From contig JACPCX010000176.1 of the NCBI GenBank assembly GCA_016184305.1, positions 6,606 to 70,605 on the forward strand: a stretch of DNA of 64,000 bases, read 5' to 3'. Position numbers and translations under genes: made by a program. Positions 47,802-59,066 of this stretch are shown here, piece after piece. Within the stretch, counting starts at the first letter, position 1. Each line of letters opens with the position of its first letter. The stretch comes from Candidatus Rokuibacteriota bacterium (GTDB taxonomy: Bacteria > Methylomirabilota > Methylomirabilia > Rokubacteriales > CSP1-6). The notes below the pieces were generated by a model. That model was not told the origin of the DNA, searched no databases, and saw only the letters and a program-made list of their open reading frames with translations.

Positions 47802-48674
47802 GTGAGCATTCCCCTCGACCAGATCCTCATCCAGACGGTCAACGGGCTCGTCAACGGGATGATCCTCGCGCTCGTCGCCTCAGGGCTGACGCTCATCTTC
47901 GGGATCATGGACGTGGTCAACTTCGCCCACGGAGACCTCGTGATGCTCGGCGGATTCACGGGCGCGGTGACCATCGCGGCCACGGGAAATTTCTGGCTCG
48001 CCCTCCTCGTCGCCGTGCTCATCATCGCGGTGTTCGGCGCCGTGCTCCAGGCGACGACGCTGCGCCCGCTGCTGGGCCGCGATCCCCTCACCACCATCCT
48101 CGCCACCTTCGGCATCTCGCTCGTGCTCCAGAAGTACGCGCTCTGGCAGTGGGGACCGTCGGCGCGCAGGATCCAGGAGCCCCTCACCGGCCAGTTCCAG
48201 CTCTTCTACCTGCAGTACCCGTGGTACCGGGTGCTCACCGCCGTCCTCTCGGCGGCGATCATCGGCGGCTTCTGGCTCTTCCTCAGGCATGGCAAGTACG
48301 GCATCTGGATCCGCGCCACCATGCAGGACCGCATCATGGCCTCGGCCATGGGCATCCCGGTGCCGTGGGTCCACACCGGCGTCTTCGCCATCGGCGCCGG
48401 CATGGCCGCCGCCAGCGGGGTGCTCTTCGGCCCGCTCGGCGGAGTCACGCAGAACATGGGGCTGGACTTCACGCTGCGGGCCTTCATCGTGGTGGTGGTG
48501 GGCGGGATGGGCAATCTCGGCGGCTCCATCTTCGCCGCGATCTTCATCAGCCTGCTCGAGGCCTACGCCTCCCTGGTCGTGAGCCCGGCCCAGGCGGTGA
48601 TCGTCTCCTTCGTGGCCCTGATCCTCACGCTCCTGTTCCGGCCCACGGGCCTCTTCGTCCCGACGCCGAAGTGA
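47802..48674 (+). CDS. livH: Branched-chain amino acid ABC permease LivH-type
   Basis: QTVNGLVNGMILALVASGLTLIFGIMDVVNFAHGD... 290 aa, multi-TM. Confidence 0.9.
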   Translation: MSIPLDQILIQTVNGLVNGMILALVASGLTLIFGIMDVVNFAHGDLVMLGGFTGAVTIAATGNFWLALLVAVLIIAVFGAVLQATTLRPLLGRDPLTTILATFGISLVLQKYALWQWGPSARRIQEPLTGQFQLFYLQYPWYRVLTAVLSAAIIGGFWLFLRHGKYGIWIRATMQDRIMASAMGIPVPWVHTGVFAIGAGMAAASGVLFGPLGGVTQNMGLDFTLRAFIVVVVGGMGNLGGSIFAAIFISLLEAYASLVVSPAQAVIVSFVALILTLLFRPTGLFVPTPK

Positions 48675-48735
48675 GGACCCCGAAGTGAGGCCCCCGAAGT
48701 GAGGACCCCGAAGTGAGGACCCCGAAGTGAAGACC
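48666..48735 (+). repeat. Five tandem copies of the 14-nt unit CCGAAGTGAGGACC between livH and livM
   Basis: Copies start at 48666, 48680, 48694, 48708 and 48722, with 1 substitution each in copies 2 and 5. The first copy contains the livH TGA. Confidence 0.85.
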
Positions 48736-48737
48736 CA

Positions 48738-49694
48738 ATGATCGCCCGCCGTTCGCCCGCCGCCTACTGGACCGGCTTCGCCGTCGTGCTGGCCCTGCTG
48801 GCCATCGCCCCTCTCGTGTTGCCTGAGTTCTGGCGACGCTTCGTCACCGAGATCCTGATCTGGGGCCTGCTGGCCATGTCCTCGGACATCCTGATCGGCT
48901 ACACGGGCATGATCTCCTTCGGCCACTCGGTCTTCTTCGGGCTGGGCATATACGGGGCGGCCGCCGCCCTCCTTTCCGTCACGCCACCCAACCTGTGGCT
49001 GGCGCTCCTCTACGGGCTGACGGCTGCCGGTACGGCCGCCGTCTTCGTGGCCTACTTCTCCACGCGGCTGCGCGACATCTACTTCGCCATCACGACGCTC
49101 GTCTTCTCCCAGATCTTCTACGTCATCATCTTCACGTGGACCGCGGTCACGGGCGGCGAGAATGGGCTGACCTTCGCCCAGCCGTCGCTCTCTCTCCCCG
49201 GCCTCGGGGCGGCGCGCTTCACCCCGGAGACCCTTCACTGGTTCGTGCTCGGGGTCGTGACCCTCTCGTACCTGCTCCTCAGGCGCATCACCCAGTCGCC
49301 GTTCGGGATGGTGCTGCAGTCCATCCGCGAGAACGAGCCGCGGACCCGGGCCATCGGCTACGCCGTGGAGCGCTACAAGATCGTGGCGGTCATGCTCTCG
49401 GGGCTCTTCGCGGGCCTGGCTGGCGTCCTCTATGCGGTCCAGAACAAGTTCGCGGCGCCCGACTTCGTCTTCTTCCTCGTCTCGGGCGAGGTCGTGATCT
49501 TCAACGTCATGGGCGGCATGGGCACGCTGGTGGGGCCGGTGGCGGGCGCGGCCTTCTTCCTGCTGCTGCGCGAGGGCATCTCCCGCTACTGGACCGAGTA
49601 CTACCTCATCCCCGTGGGCATCATTTTCACCGCGATGGTGATCTTCATGCCCCAGGGCCTCCTCGGCTTCGCCAGGCGCCGGCTGAACGAGTAG
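48738..49694 (+). CDS. livM: Branched-chain amino acid ABC permease LivM-type
   Basis: ...LLAMSSDILIGYTGMISFGHSVFFGLGIY... 318 aa, multi-TM. Confidence 0.9.
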   Translation: MIARRSPAAYWTGFAVVLALLAIAPLVLPEFWRRFVTEILIWGLLAMSSDILIGYTGMISFGHSVFFGLGIYGAAAALLSVTPPNLWLALLYGLTAAGTAAVFVAYFSTRLRDIYFAITTLVFSQIFYVIIFTWTAVTGGENGLTFAQPSLSLPGLGAARFTPETLHWFVLGVVTLSYLLLRRITQSPFGMVLQSIRENEPRTRAIGYAVERYKIVAVMLSGLFAGLAGVLYAVQNKFAAPDFVFFLVSGEVVIFNVMGGMGTLVGPVAGAAFFLLLREGISRYWTEYYLIPVGIIFTAMVIFMPQGLLGFARRRLNE

Positions 49695-49718
49695 CGCCGG
49701 GCCGACTCGCTTTGCCCT

Positions 49719-49737
49719 GGCTCGCTCACCCTCGCCC
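49719..49737 (-). repeat. Reverse-oriented exact 19-mer of the repeat-family core (GGGCGAGGGTGAGCGAGCC) in the livM-comM spacer
   Basis: The reverse complement of 49719-49737 equals 12391-12409. Flanking ATCCGGA..TC is also similar. Confidence 0.75.
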
Positions 49738-49827
49738 GAGTCCGGATATTCACGAGCAGGCCTCACCCCGAGGGTGTATCACTTCCGAGGCGTTGACCCC
49801 TCCCGGTGCGCGCCCGACACTGACCCC

Positions 49828-51345
49828 GTGCTCGCGCGCGTAACCTCCGCGTCACTTCAGGGGATCCAGGCCGTCGTCGTCTCGGTGGAGGTCGACGTCG
49901 CCTCGGGTCTGCCGTCCTTCACGACGGTGGGGCTGCCGGATTCCACCGTGCGCGAGAGCCGCGACCGCATCCGCGCGGCCATCCACAATGCGGGCTTCAG
50001 CTTCCCCGTGGACCGCATCACGGTGAGCCTGGCGCCCGCCGATCTGCGCAAGGAGGGCCCGGCCTTCGACCTGCCGATGGCGGTGGCCATCCTCGCCGCC
50101 ACGGGAGTCGTGAAGCCGGACCTGCTCGAGCGCGCCGCGCTCCTCGGGGAGCTGTCCCTCGACGGGCGCGTCCGTCCCGTGCGCGGCGTCCTGCCCGTGG
50201 CGCTCCTCTGCCGCCAGGAAAGGATCCCGCTCTTGATGGTGCCCGCCGAGAACGCGCGGGAGGCCGCAGTGGTCGCGGGACTCCACGTCATCCCGGTGCA
50301 CTCCATCCACGACACGGTGGAGTATCTCAACGGGGAACGGCCACTCGAGCGGGTGGAGGCGACCGCAGCGGGGGGCATCGAGCCCGCGCCCGAGACGATC
50401 GACTTCGCCGAGGTGCGCGGTCAGGCCCACGCCAAGCGCGCGCTCGAGATCGCCGCTGCGGGCGGCCACAACGTCCTGATGATCGGCCCGCCCGGGGCTG
50501 GCAAGACCATGCTCGCCCAGCGCCTCGCCACCATCCTCCCGCCGCTGTCGCTGGACGAGGCCATCGAGGTGTCGGTGGTCTGGAGCGTGGCGGGGCTCCT
50601 GTCGGCCGAGCGCGGACTCGTGGACAGCCGCCCGTTCCGGGCGCCGCACCACACGGTGTCCGGGTCGGGGCTCATCGGCGGCGGCGGCGCTCCCCATCCG
50701 GGCGAGGCGAGCCTGGCGCACCTGGGCGTGCTTTTCCTGGACGAGCTGCCCGAGTTCTCCCGGCGCGTGCTCGAGTCCCTGCGCCAGCCCCTGGAGGACG
50801 GGGTGGTCACGGTCACCCGCGCGGCGGGGAGCGCGTCCTTCCCCGCGCGCTTCCAGCTCGTGGGCGCGGCGAACCCGTGCCGGCGCGGCTGCCGCTCGGT
50901 GGAGACCTGCGCGTGCACGCCCGCCGAGCGCGAGCAGTACCTGGGGCGTCTCTCGGGGCCGCTCCTGGACCGCATCGACCTCCATGTCGAGCTGCCGGCG
51001 GTGACCTACGCCGAGCTCGACGCCGACGCCGCCGGCGAGCCGTCGGCGGCCATCCGGCGACGCGTGGTCGCCGCGCGGGACCGCCAGGCCGCGCGCTTCG
51101 CGGGCACCGACGTGCGCGTCAACGCGCGCATGAGCGGGCGACAGACGCGCCTCTTCTGCCGTGTGCCGGCGGAGGCAGGCCGCTTGCTCGGGCGCGCCGT
51201 CTCCCGGCTCGGCCTCTCGGCGCGCGCCTATCACCGCGTCCTCAAGGTCGCGCGGACGGTTGCGGACCTTGCAAGATGTGAGACGATAGCCGCGGAGCAC
51301 GTGTCCGAGGCCCTGCAGTATCGGGCGTTCGACCGCTGCCTCTGA
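49828..51345 (+). CDS. comM: YifB/ComM-family Mg-chelatase-like AAA+ ATPase
   Basis: The start was refined to GTG 49828 (VLARVTSASLQGIQAVVVSVEVDV..GLPSFTTVGLPD). Walker A GPPGAGKTM, and VLFLDELPEF. Confidence 0.85.
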   Translation: MLARVTSASLQGIQAVVVSVEVDVASGLPSFTTVGLPDSTVRESRDRIRAAIHNAGFSFPVDRITVSLAPADLRKEGPAFDLPMAVAILAATGVVKPDLLERAALLGELSLDGRVRPVRGVLPVALLCRQERIPLLMVPAENAREAAVVAGLHVIPVHSIHDTVEYLNGERPLERVEATAAGGIEPAPETIDFAEVRGQAHAKRALEIAAAGGHNVLMIGPPGAGKTMLAQRLATILPPLSLDEAIEVSVVWSVAGLLSAERGLVDSRPFRAPHHTVSGSGLIGGGGAPHPGEASLAHLGVLFLDELPEFSRRVLESLRQPLEDGVVTVTRAAGSASFPARFQLVGAANPCRRGCRSVETCACTPAEREQYLGRLSGPLLDRIDLHVELPAVTYAELDADAAGEPSAAIRRRVVAARDRQAARFAGTDVRVNARMSGRQTRLFCRVPAEAGRLLGRAVSRLGLSARAYHRVLKVARTVADLARCETIAAEHVSEALQYRAFDRCL

Positions 51346-51366
51346 TCTTCTCTCCGGGAGGCCGTC

Positions 51367-51945
51367 ATGACGAGCGCGCAGAGCCCCCATCCGATGCGGT
51401 TCAGCCGGGAGGGCGCGACCCTCCTCGTGGTGGACGTCCAGGAGCGCCTCTTTCCCGCCATGGACGCCGACCATCGCGAGGAAGTCATGCGCAACATCAA
51501 GGTCCTGGCCACGGCGGCGCGGCGGGTCGGGCTTCCGGTGATCGTGACGGAGCAGTACCCGAAGGGGCTGGGCCACACGCTGCCGGAGCTCCGGGAGACG
51601 CTCCCGCCCGACGTCGAGCCCGTCTCGAAGGTGGCCTTCTCGTGCGCGGCGGTGGAGGGGGTGCGCGCGCGCCTCCGGGCAGCGGGCACGCGGCAGGTCA
51701 TCCTGGTGGGCATCGAGGCCCATGTGTGCGTGCTGCTCTCGGCGCTGGATCTCCTGGCCGAGGGGTACGGGGTCCACGTCGCCGCCGATGCCGTCACCTC
51801 GCGCACCCAGGCGAACTGGCGCCTGGCGATGGATCAGCTGCGCCAGGCGGGCGCCGTCGTGACGAGCAGCGAGACCGTGCTGTTCCAGCTGATGGGCCAG
51901 GGTGACACGGACGAGTTTCGCGAGCTGGCCCGGCTGATTCGCTGA
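51367..51945 (+). CDS. Isochorismatase-family hydrolase
   Basis: ATLLVVDVQERLF...VIVTEQYP...ILVGIEAHVCV (catalytic Cys region). Confidence 0.8.
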   Translation: MTSAQSPHPMRFSREGATLLVVDVQERLFPAMDADHREEVMRNIKVLATAARRVGLPVIVTEQYPKGLGHTLPELRETLPPDVEPVSKVAFSCAAVEGVRARLRAAGTRQVILVGIEAHVCVLLSALDLLAEGYGVHVAADAVTSRTQANWRLAMDQLRQAGAVVTSSETVLFQLMGQGDTDEFRELARLIR

Positions 51946-52376
51946 TGCCGCGCTACTTCGACGTCCGCTCCACCGTGCTCATCGTGGTGGGGTACGGGAT
52001 CCTTCCCGAGGAGGAGGACCGGCCCATCGCCTACGAGCTCAAGCGCATCATCGACTCGCGGGGCGAGGGCACGGAGAGCCGGATCGCCGTGGTGGTCACC
52101 GACATGTGGGTGCTGAACCAGGAGATGGCCGACCTCTTCCCCGCCATCGCCGTCGGGGGGCCCGGCGTCAACGCCTTCGCGGCCCAGATCTACGAGGACC
52201 TGCCCGTGGCCTTCACCCGCGATCAGCGGCTCTTCATCCAGATGAACTCGGACGCCGGCAAGCGGGTGGCGCTCTGGGGCATGGACCAGCCGGCCACCCG
52301 CGAGGCCGCGGACCTGTTCGTCAAGGACGGCTTCCTCGACCGCTTCCTCGACCTCGTCTGGCACCGCGACCGCTGA
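51945..52376 (+). CDS. Hypothetical 143-aa protein, translationally coupled to the isochorismatase gene
   Basis: TGATG junction. No motif I recognise. The alternating beta/alpha pattern (VLIVVGYG...IAVVVTD...AIAVGGPGVN) suggests a Rossmann/flavodoxin-like fold. Confidence 0.5.
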   Translation: MPRYFDVRSTVLIVVGYGILPEEEDRPIAYELKRIIDSRGEGTESRIAVVVTDMWVLNQEMADLFPAIAVGGPGVNAFAAQIYEDLPVAFTRDQRLFIQMNSDAGKRVALWGMDQPATREAADLFVKDGFLDRFLDLVWHRDR

Positions 52377-52414
52377 GCCCCCCGCGCCAGCTGACGTGCC
52401 CAGTGGAAGTTGGG

Positions 52415-53086
52415 CTAGCGGAGCCTCAGGCCCGTGGGCGGGCGGATATTCGTGTAGGTGACGGTGCCATCGGGAGCCTCGTGACGGTAGATGACCTGGG
52501 AGGCCTCGCCGCCGGCGTGGATCTCGAGGATCCTCCTCACGTACTGCTGCGTCTCCGGGTACGGTGGGATCCCCCGGTAGTGGGTGACCGCATTTTCGCC
52601 CGCATTGTAGGCCGCCAGCGCCAGCGGCAGATTCCCCGGGAAGCGATCCATCAGATGGCGGAGGTGGCGCACACCCCCCTCGATGTTCTGGCGGGGGTCG
52701 AACGCATCGCGCACGCCGAGCGACGAGGCCGTCTGCGGCATGAGCTGCATCAGTCCCTGGGCCCCCTTCCGGGACACGGCCGACGGGTTGAAGGCCGACT
52801 CCACGCGGATCACGGATTCCACCAGTGCGGAGTCGAGACCGTAGCGAGAGGAGATCTCGCGGATGTCCTCCGCGTACTTCCCGGTGGCCCCCTCGGGGAG
52901 CCGGAGCCAGCCGGCCAGAGTGCCCGACAAGCCTGGAATGCGCCGGTAGCGTGGGTCCGTGGGGGCATTGGTGAAGTGGGTCACGCCATCCGGGTCGGTG
53001 AGCCGATAGGACGCCGCTGCCGCCACGGACGGCAGCTCGGCTGCGATCAAAAGGACGACCACGCCCCAGACGAGTGATGTGAGCAC
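52415..53086 (-). CDS. Lytic transglycosylase (SLT domain) flanked by DUF4124-like segments
   Basis: Signal/TM N-terminus. YRLTDPDGVTHFTN..., SLT core ...VIRVESAFNP.AVS.KGAQGLMQLMP.TA...YNAGE.AV. Confidence 0.8.
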   Translation of the reverse strand: MLTSLVWGVVVLLIAAELPSVAAAASYRLTDPDGVTHFTNAPTDPRYRRIPGLSGTLAGWLRLPEGATGKYAEDIREISSRYGLDSALVESVIRVESAFNPSAVSRKGAQGLMQLMPQTASSLGVRDAFDPRQNIEGGVRHLRHLMDRFPGNLPLALAAYNAGENAVTHYRGIPPYPETQQYVRRILEIHAGGEASQVIYRHEAPDGTVTYTNIRPPTGLRLR

Positions 53087-53187
53087 GCCGCCTCCATACT
53101 AAGCGAACCCGCCGGTGACCGCCCACCAAGAAAACGGGCACGGGTCGCCGGCAGGAATTTTCGCCTTGTACTGCACGGAGTTGCGGG

Positions 53188-55617
53188 CTAGTTGTGCGAG
53201 GCGAGCAGCTCCCTGTGGACAGGCTCGGCCGGGACCGGCGCCGGGTCGAGCGCCAGGGCCAGCACCTGGTCCACGGAGTCCACCAGGTGGAACGTCATGC
53301 CTGCCCGCGCCTGGGCCGGCACGTCCTCCACGAGGTTCTTCTCGTTGCGGCTCGGCAGGATCAGCGTTGTCACCCCGGCGCGCCGTGCGGCGAGGACCTT
53401 CTCCTTGATCCCCCCCACCGGCAACACGCGCCCCGACAGCGTCACCTCGCCGGTCATGGCCAGGCGGGGCCGAAGCGGACGCCGCGTGAGCAGGGACACC
53501 AGCGCGGTCAGCAGGGTGACGCCGGCCGACGGTCCGTCCTTCGGGATCGCCCCCGCCGGGATGTGAACGTGGATGTCCGAGTGCTCCCAGAAATCCGGGC
53601 GGATTCCGATCTCGGTGGCGTGGGAGCGAACCCAGGAGAGCGCGGCCTGCGCGGACTCCTTCATCACGTCGCCCAGCTGCCCCGTGAGCGTCAACGCCTT
53701 GCTGCCCCGCATGCGCGTCGCCTCGATGAACAGGATGTCGCCGCCCGCCGCCGTCCAGGCGAGCCCGACGGCCACGCCGGGGACGCGGGTGCGCTCCTCG
53801 AGCTCCTCGAACAGGAACCTGGGCGCGCCCAGCAGCTCGCCGACAAGCGCTTCCGTCACCTCCACGGCGGCGCTGTGCCCCTCCACCCGCCGCTTGGCAA
53901 CCTTGCGGGTGATGGCCGCGATCTCGCGCTCGAGGTTGCGCAAGCCTGCCTCGCGGGTATAGCCGCGGATCAGGAGGCGCAGGGCCTCGTCCGTCCACCG
54001 GATGTGCTCGCCCTCGACGAGGCCATGGTCGGCCGTCTGCTTGGGGATCAGGTGCTTCCGCGCGATGTGGACCTTTTCCTCCTCCGTGTAGCCGGCGATC
54101 TCGATGACCTCCATGCGGTCGCGGAGGGCCGGCGGCACCGGGTCCAGGATATTCGCCGTCGTGATGAAGAGCGCCTTGGTCAGGTCGAAGGCCACGTCAA
54201 TGTAGTGGTCGCGGAAGGCGACGTTCTGCTCGGGATCGAGCACCTCGAGGAGCGCCGAGGCCGGGTCGCCCCGGAAGTCCATCCCGAGCTTGTCGATCTC
54301 GTCGAGCATGAAGACCGGGTTCCGGGACTCGGCCCGGCGCAGTCCCTGGATGATCTGGCCGGGAAGCGCGCCGATGTAGGTGCGCCGGTGGCCGCGGATC
54401 TCCGCCTCGTCACGCATGCCGCCGAGCGAGATGCGGTGGAACTTCCTGCCGAGGGCCCGCGCGATGGAACGCCCCAGCGAGGTCTTGCCCACGCCGGGCG
54501 GGCCGACGAAGCAGAGGATGGGGTCCTTGCCCGCCGGGCGCATGCTCTTGACCGCCAGGTACTCCAGGATGCGTTCCTTGACCTTCTCGAGCGCCCAGTG
54601 GTCCTCGTCCAGGATGGCCCGGGCCGTGGTGAGGTCCCGATTGTCCTCGGTCTCCTTGGCCCACGGCAGCGCGACCAGCCACTCCAGGTAGGTCCGCGCC
54701 ACGGTGTACTCGGCGGCGGCCGGGGGCATCTTGGCGAGGCGGTCCAGCTCCCGGAGCGCCTCCTTCCTTGCCTCCTCGGTCATGCCGGCGGCCTCGATCT
54801 TCTGGCGCAGCTCGCCGATCTCCTGGCTGCGCTCGTCGGTCTCGCCGAGCTCCTTCTGGATCGCCTTCATCTGCTCTCGCAGGTAGTACTCCCGCTGGGT
54901 CTTGCCCACCTCGGACTCCACCTGCGACTGGATCTTGGACCCGAGCGTCAGGACCTCGACCTCCTTCGTGAGGCAGGCCGCCAGCCGGCCGAGCCGCGCC
55001 TTGACGGCCTCCGTCTCCAGAAGCTCTTGCTTGACCTGCGTGCTCAGCGCCGGCAGCGAGGCCGCGATGATATCCGCCACCCGGCCGGGCTCGGAGACAT
55101 GCTGGACGGCTCCCGTCATCTCATCGGGCAGGAAAGGCGACAGCTCGACGATCTGGCGGAAGAGCGTCACCGCGTTCCGCATGAGGGCCTCGGTCTCGAG
55201 GTCTCCGGCGGCCGGCAACGTCTCCTCCACCACCTCCACGCGGGCCGTGAGGAAGGGACGCGTCTGCACCATCTCGACGATCCGGACCCGCGCGATCCCC
55301 TGGACGACGAGCCGCACGATCCCGTCGGGCTGCTTGACCACCTTGAGAATCGTCGCGGCCGTTCCCACTCGGTGGAGATCTCCCTGCTGGGGATCCTCCA
55401 CGGAGGGGTCGCGCTGTCCGAAGACGCCGATGAGCCGTCCCCCCCGCGCGGCATCCTCGATGAGGCGGACGGAGGTCTCGCGCCCTGCCGCCAGGGGAAC
55501 CACCGCCTGGGGGAAGAGGACCGTGTCGCGTAGCGGCAGGATGGACAGCACCTCGGGGACGGTCCCACCCGCTTCCAGCTCTGCGGCTGCTCCACTGCCG
55601 ATCGTTGTCTTCGCCAT
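53188..55617 (-). CDS. lon: ATP-dependent Lon protease
   Basis: The start was refined to ATG 55617 (GAGGAG upstream). [10 protein letters not shown], Walker [10 protein letters not shown], protease site [10 protein letters not shown]. Confidence 0.95.
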   Translation of the reverse strand: MAKTTIGSGAAAELEAGGTVPEVLSILPLRDTVLFPQAVVPLAAGRETSVRLIEDAARGGRLIGVFGQRDPSVEDPQQGDLHRVGTAATILKVVKQPDGIVRLVVQGIARVRIVEMVQTRPFLTARVEVVEETLPAAGDLETEALMRNAVTLFRQIVELSPFLPDEMTGAVQHVSEPGRVADIIAASLPALSTQVKQELLETEAVKARLGRLAACLTKEVEVLTLGSKIQSQVESEVGKTQREYYLREQMKAIQKELGETDERSQEIGELRQKIEAAGMTEEARKEALRELDRLAKMPPAAAEYTVARTYLEWLVALPWAKETEDNRDLTTARAILDEDHWALEKVKERILEYLAVKSMRPAGKDPILCFVGPPGVGKTSLGRSIARALGRKFHRISLGGMRDEAEIRGHRRTYIGALPGQIIQGLRRAESRNPVFMLDEIDKLGMDFRGDPASALLEVLDPEQNVAFRDHYIDVAFDLTKALFITTANILDPVPPALRDRMEVIEIAGYTEEEKVHIARKHLIPKQTADHGLVEGEHIRWTDEALRLLIRGYTREAGLRNLEREIAAITRKVAKRRVEGHSAAVEVTEALVGELLGAPRFLFEELEERTRVPGVAVGLAWTAAGGDILFIEATRMRGSKALTLTGQLGDVMKESAQAALSWVRSHATEIGIRPDFWEHSDIHVHIPAGAIPKDGPSAGVTLLTALVSLLTRRPLRPRLAMTGEVTLSGRVLPVGGIKEKVLAARRAGVTTLILPSRNEKNLVEDVPAQARAGMTFHLVDSVDQVLALALDPAPVPAEPVHRELLASHN

Positions 55618-55645
55618 GCTCCTCAATCCTTTCCTGGGCTCTGCC

Positions 55646-56032
55646 CTAGAACAGGTCCACCGGCGACAGGTGAGCCGAGGCGGCCCGCACCAGAGCCTCG
55701 CTCGTCCCGCGCGCGGCCGGGTCCCGGGACTGCGCCGTTTCCGCCCGCACATATCCCAGCAGCTCCTCGATCTGCTGCTGCATGCCGAACATCCGCCGCC
55801 TCATTTTTATGATGATCTCCACGCCCGCCAGATTCACGCCCAGATCCCGCGTGAGCCGGACCAGGCGCGCGATCTCCTCCACGTCCTCGGCGGAATACAG
55901 GCGCGTCTTGCCCACGGTGCGGCTCGGCCGGATGAGCCCCTTCTTCTCGTACATTCGGAGCGTCTGGGGGTGAAGCTTGAGCATCTCGGCCACCACGCCG
56001 ATCATGTAGAGGGGCTTGCCCTTGTCGGTCAT
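55646..56032 (-). CDS. hspR: MerR-family heat-shock repressor HspR
   Basis: YMIGVVAEMLKLHPQTLRMYEKKGLIRPSRT.GKTRLYS..DVE. ATGA overlap with the dnaJ2 stop. Operon position as in actinobacterial dnaK operons. Confidence 0.8.
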   Translation of the reverse strand: MTDKGKPLYMIGVVAEMLKLHPQTLRMYEKKGLIRPSRTVGKTRLYSAEDVEEIARLVRLTRDLGVNLAGVEIIIKMRRRMFGMQQQIEELLGYVRAETAQSRDPAARGTSEALVRAASAHLSPVDLF

Positions 56033-57042
56033 GTGCGCACCGCGCTCCGGGACTCATCGTGGGGGACCTCCGGCAGAAGCCGGCCGATCTCGCGGAACAG
56101 CTCCTGGGTACGCGCGTCGAGCCCGCGGGGGATCTCGATCCGCACCGTCACGTAGAGGTCGCCCCGGCCCTCGGCCGCGAGCCGCGGCATGCCCCGGCTC
56201 CGGATCCGGAAGACCTGGCCGCTCTGCGAGCCGGGAGGGATCACCAGGTCCACGTCGCCGTGGAGCGTGTGGACCGGGATCCTCGCGCCCAGCACGGCCT
56301 CGACGATCGTGAGCGGCAGCTCGCTGTAGAGGTTGTCGCCCTTCCGGGTGAAGACCGGATCGTCGTGCACCCGCGTGATCACGATGAGGTCGCCGCGGGG
56401 GCCGCCGAAGGGGCCGGCGTGGCCCTCGCCCGGGATGCGAAGCTGGGCCCCCGTGTCCATGCCCGGCGGAATCACGACGCGAGCCACCGCGCGCGTCCGG
56501 CTCACACCTCGCCCCCGGCAGGCGGGGCAGGGCTCGGCCACTCGCTCCCCGGACCCGTCGCACGCGGGACAGCGCTCGGCGCGCGCCGTCGTCTCGCCCA
56601 ACCACACCAGCCCGGCTCCGCCGCAGTGACCACAGCGCACAGGGACGGCACCGGGGGGAGCCCCGGTGGCGCCGCAGGCCTGGCAGTCAGACAGCCGCTC
56701 CACGCTCAGGTCAACGCTGATCCCGGTGACGGCGTGCTGGAAGGCGAGCGCCACCGGGACATGCAGGTCCTCGCCCCGGCGGCCCCCCCGGTGGGACTCC
56801 TCACCGGCTCCCACCGGCGCAGTGCCACCGGCCACCGCCCCTTGGCGGTCGTAGAGCGTCCGCGCCGACGGATCGCTGAGAACACGATAGGCCTCGGAGA
56901 TCTCCTCGAACAGCGCCTGGGCCTCGCGATCCCACAGGTTGACGTCCGGGGAATACCGCCGCGCGAGCCGCTGATACGCCCGGCGGATCTGCGCCGGCGT
57001 CGTGTCGACGCTGATGCCCAGCACCGCGTAGTAGTCACGCAT
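56029..57042 (-). CDS. DnaJ paralog with non-canonical J-domain tripeptide (SPD instead of HPD) and 4 zinc-finger repeats
   Basis: The start was refined to ATG 57042 (MRDYYAVLGISVDTTPAQIRRAYQRLARRYSPDVN). Repeats CQACGATG / CGHCGGAG / CPACDGSG / CPACRGRG. Confidence 0.8.
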   Translation of the reverse strand: MRDYYAVLGISVDTTPAQIRRAYQRLARRYSPDVNLWDREAQALFEEISEAYRVLSDPSARTLYDRQGAVAGGTAPVGAGEESHRGGRRGEDLHVPVALAFQHAVTGISVDLSVERLSDCQACGATGAPPGAVPVRCGHCGGAGLVWLGETTARAERCPACDGSGERVAEPCPACRGRGVSRTRAVARVVIPPGMDTGAQLRIPGEGHAGPFGGPRGDLIVITRVHDDPVFTRKGDNLYSELPLTIVEAVLGARIPVHTLHGDVDLVIPPGSQSGQVFRIRSRGMPRLAAEGRGDLYVTVRIEIPRGLDARTQELFREIGRLLPEVPHDESRSAVRT

Positions 57043-57062
57043 ATGGTCGCGGTCGCCCGCCG

Positions 57063-57140
57063 CCGGCTGCGGGGCCGGTGATGCCCTCGGAGCCCCCTGT
57101 TGCATGGCGGGCGAGGAGGGCGCGCTGGCCCCGCAGCCGG
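57063..57140 (-). other. Perfect 14-bp inverted repeat (CCGGCTGCGGGGCC...GGCCCCGCAGCCGG, 50-nt loop) in the dnaK-dnaJ2 spacer
   Basis: Arms at 57063-57076 and 57127-57140, read directly from the sequence. Confidence 0.6.
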
Positions 57141-57152
57141 ATGGTTGGCGAC

Positions 57153-59066
<1,914 letters not shown>

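Noticed and set aside
48666-48735. Possible CRISPR array (short direct repeats)
   Set aside because: The 14-nt units are directly abutting with no spacers, the repeat is far shorter than CRISPR repeats, and there are no cas genes in the window.
53087-53187. Intrinsic terminator after lon (minus strand ...GGCGACCCGUGCCCGUUUUCUU)
   Set aside because: The best stem is only ~4 bp including a G-U pair, which is too weak to call.
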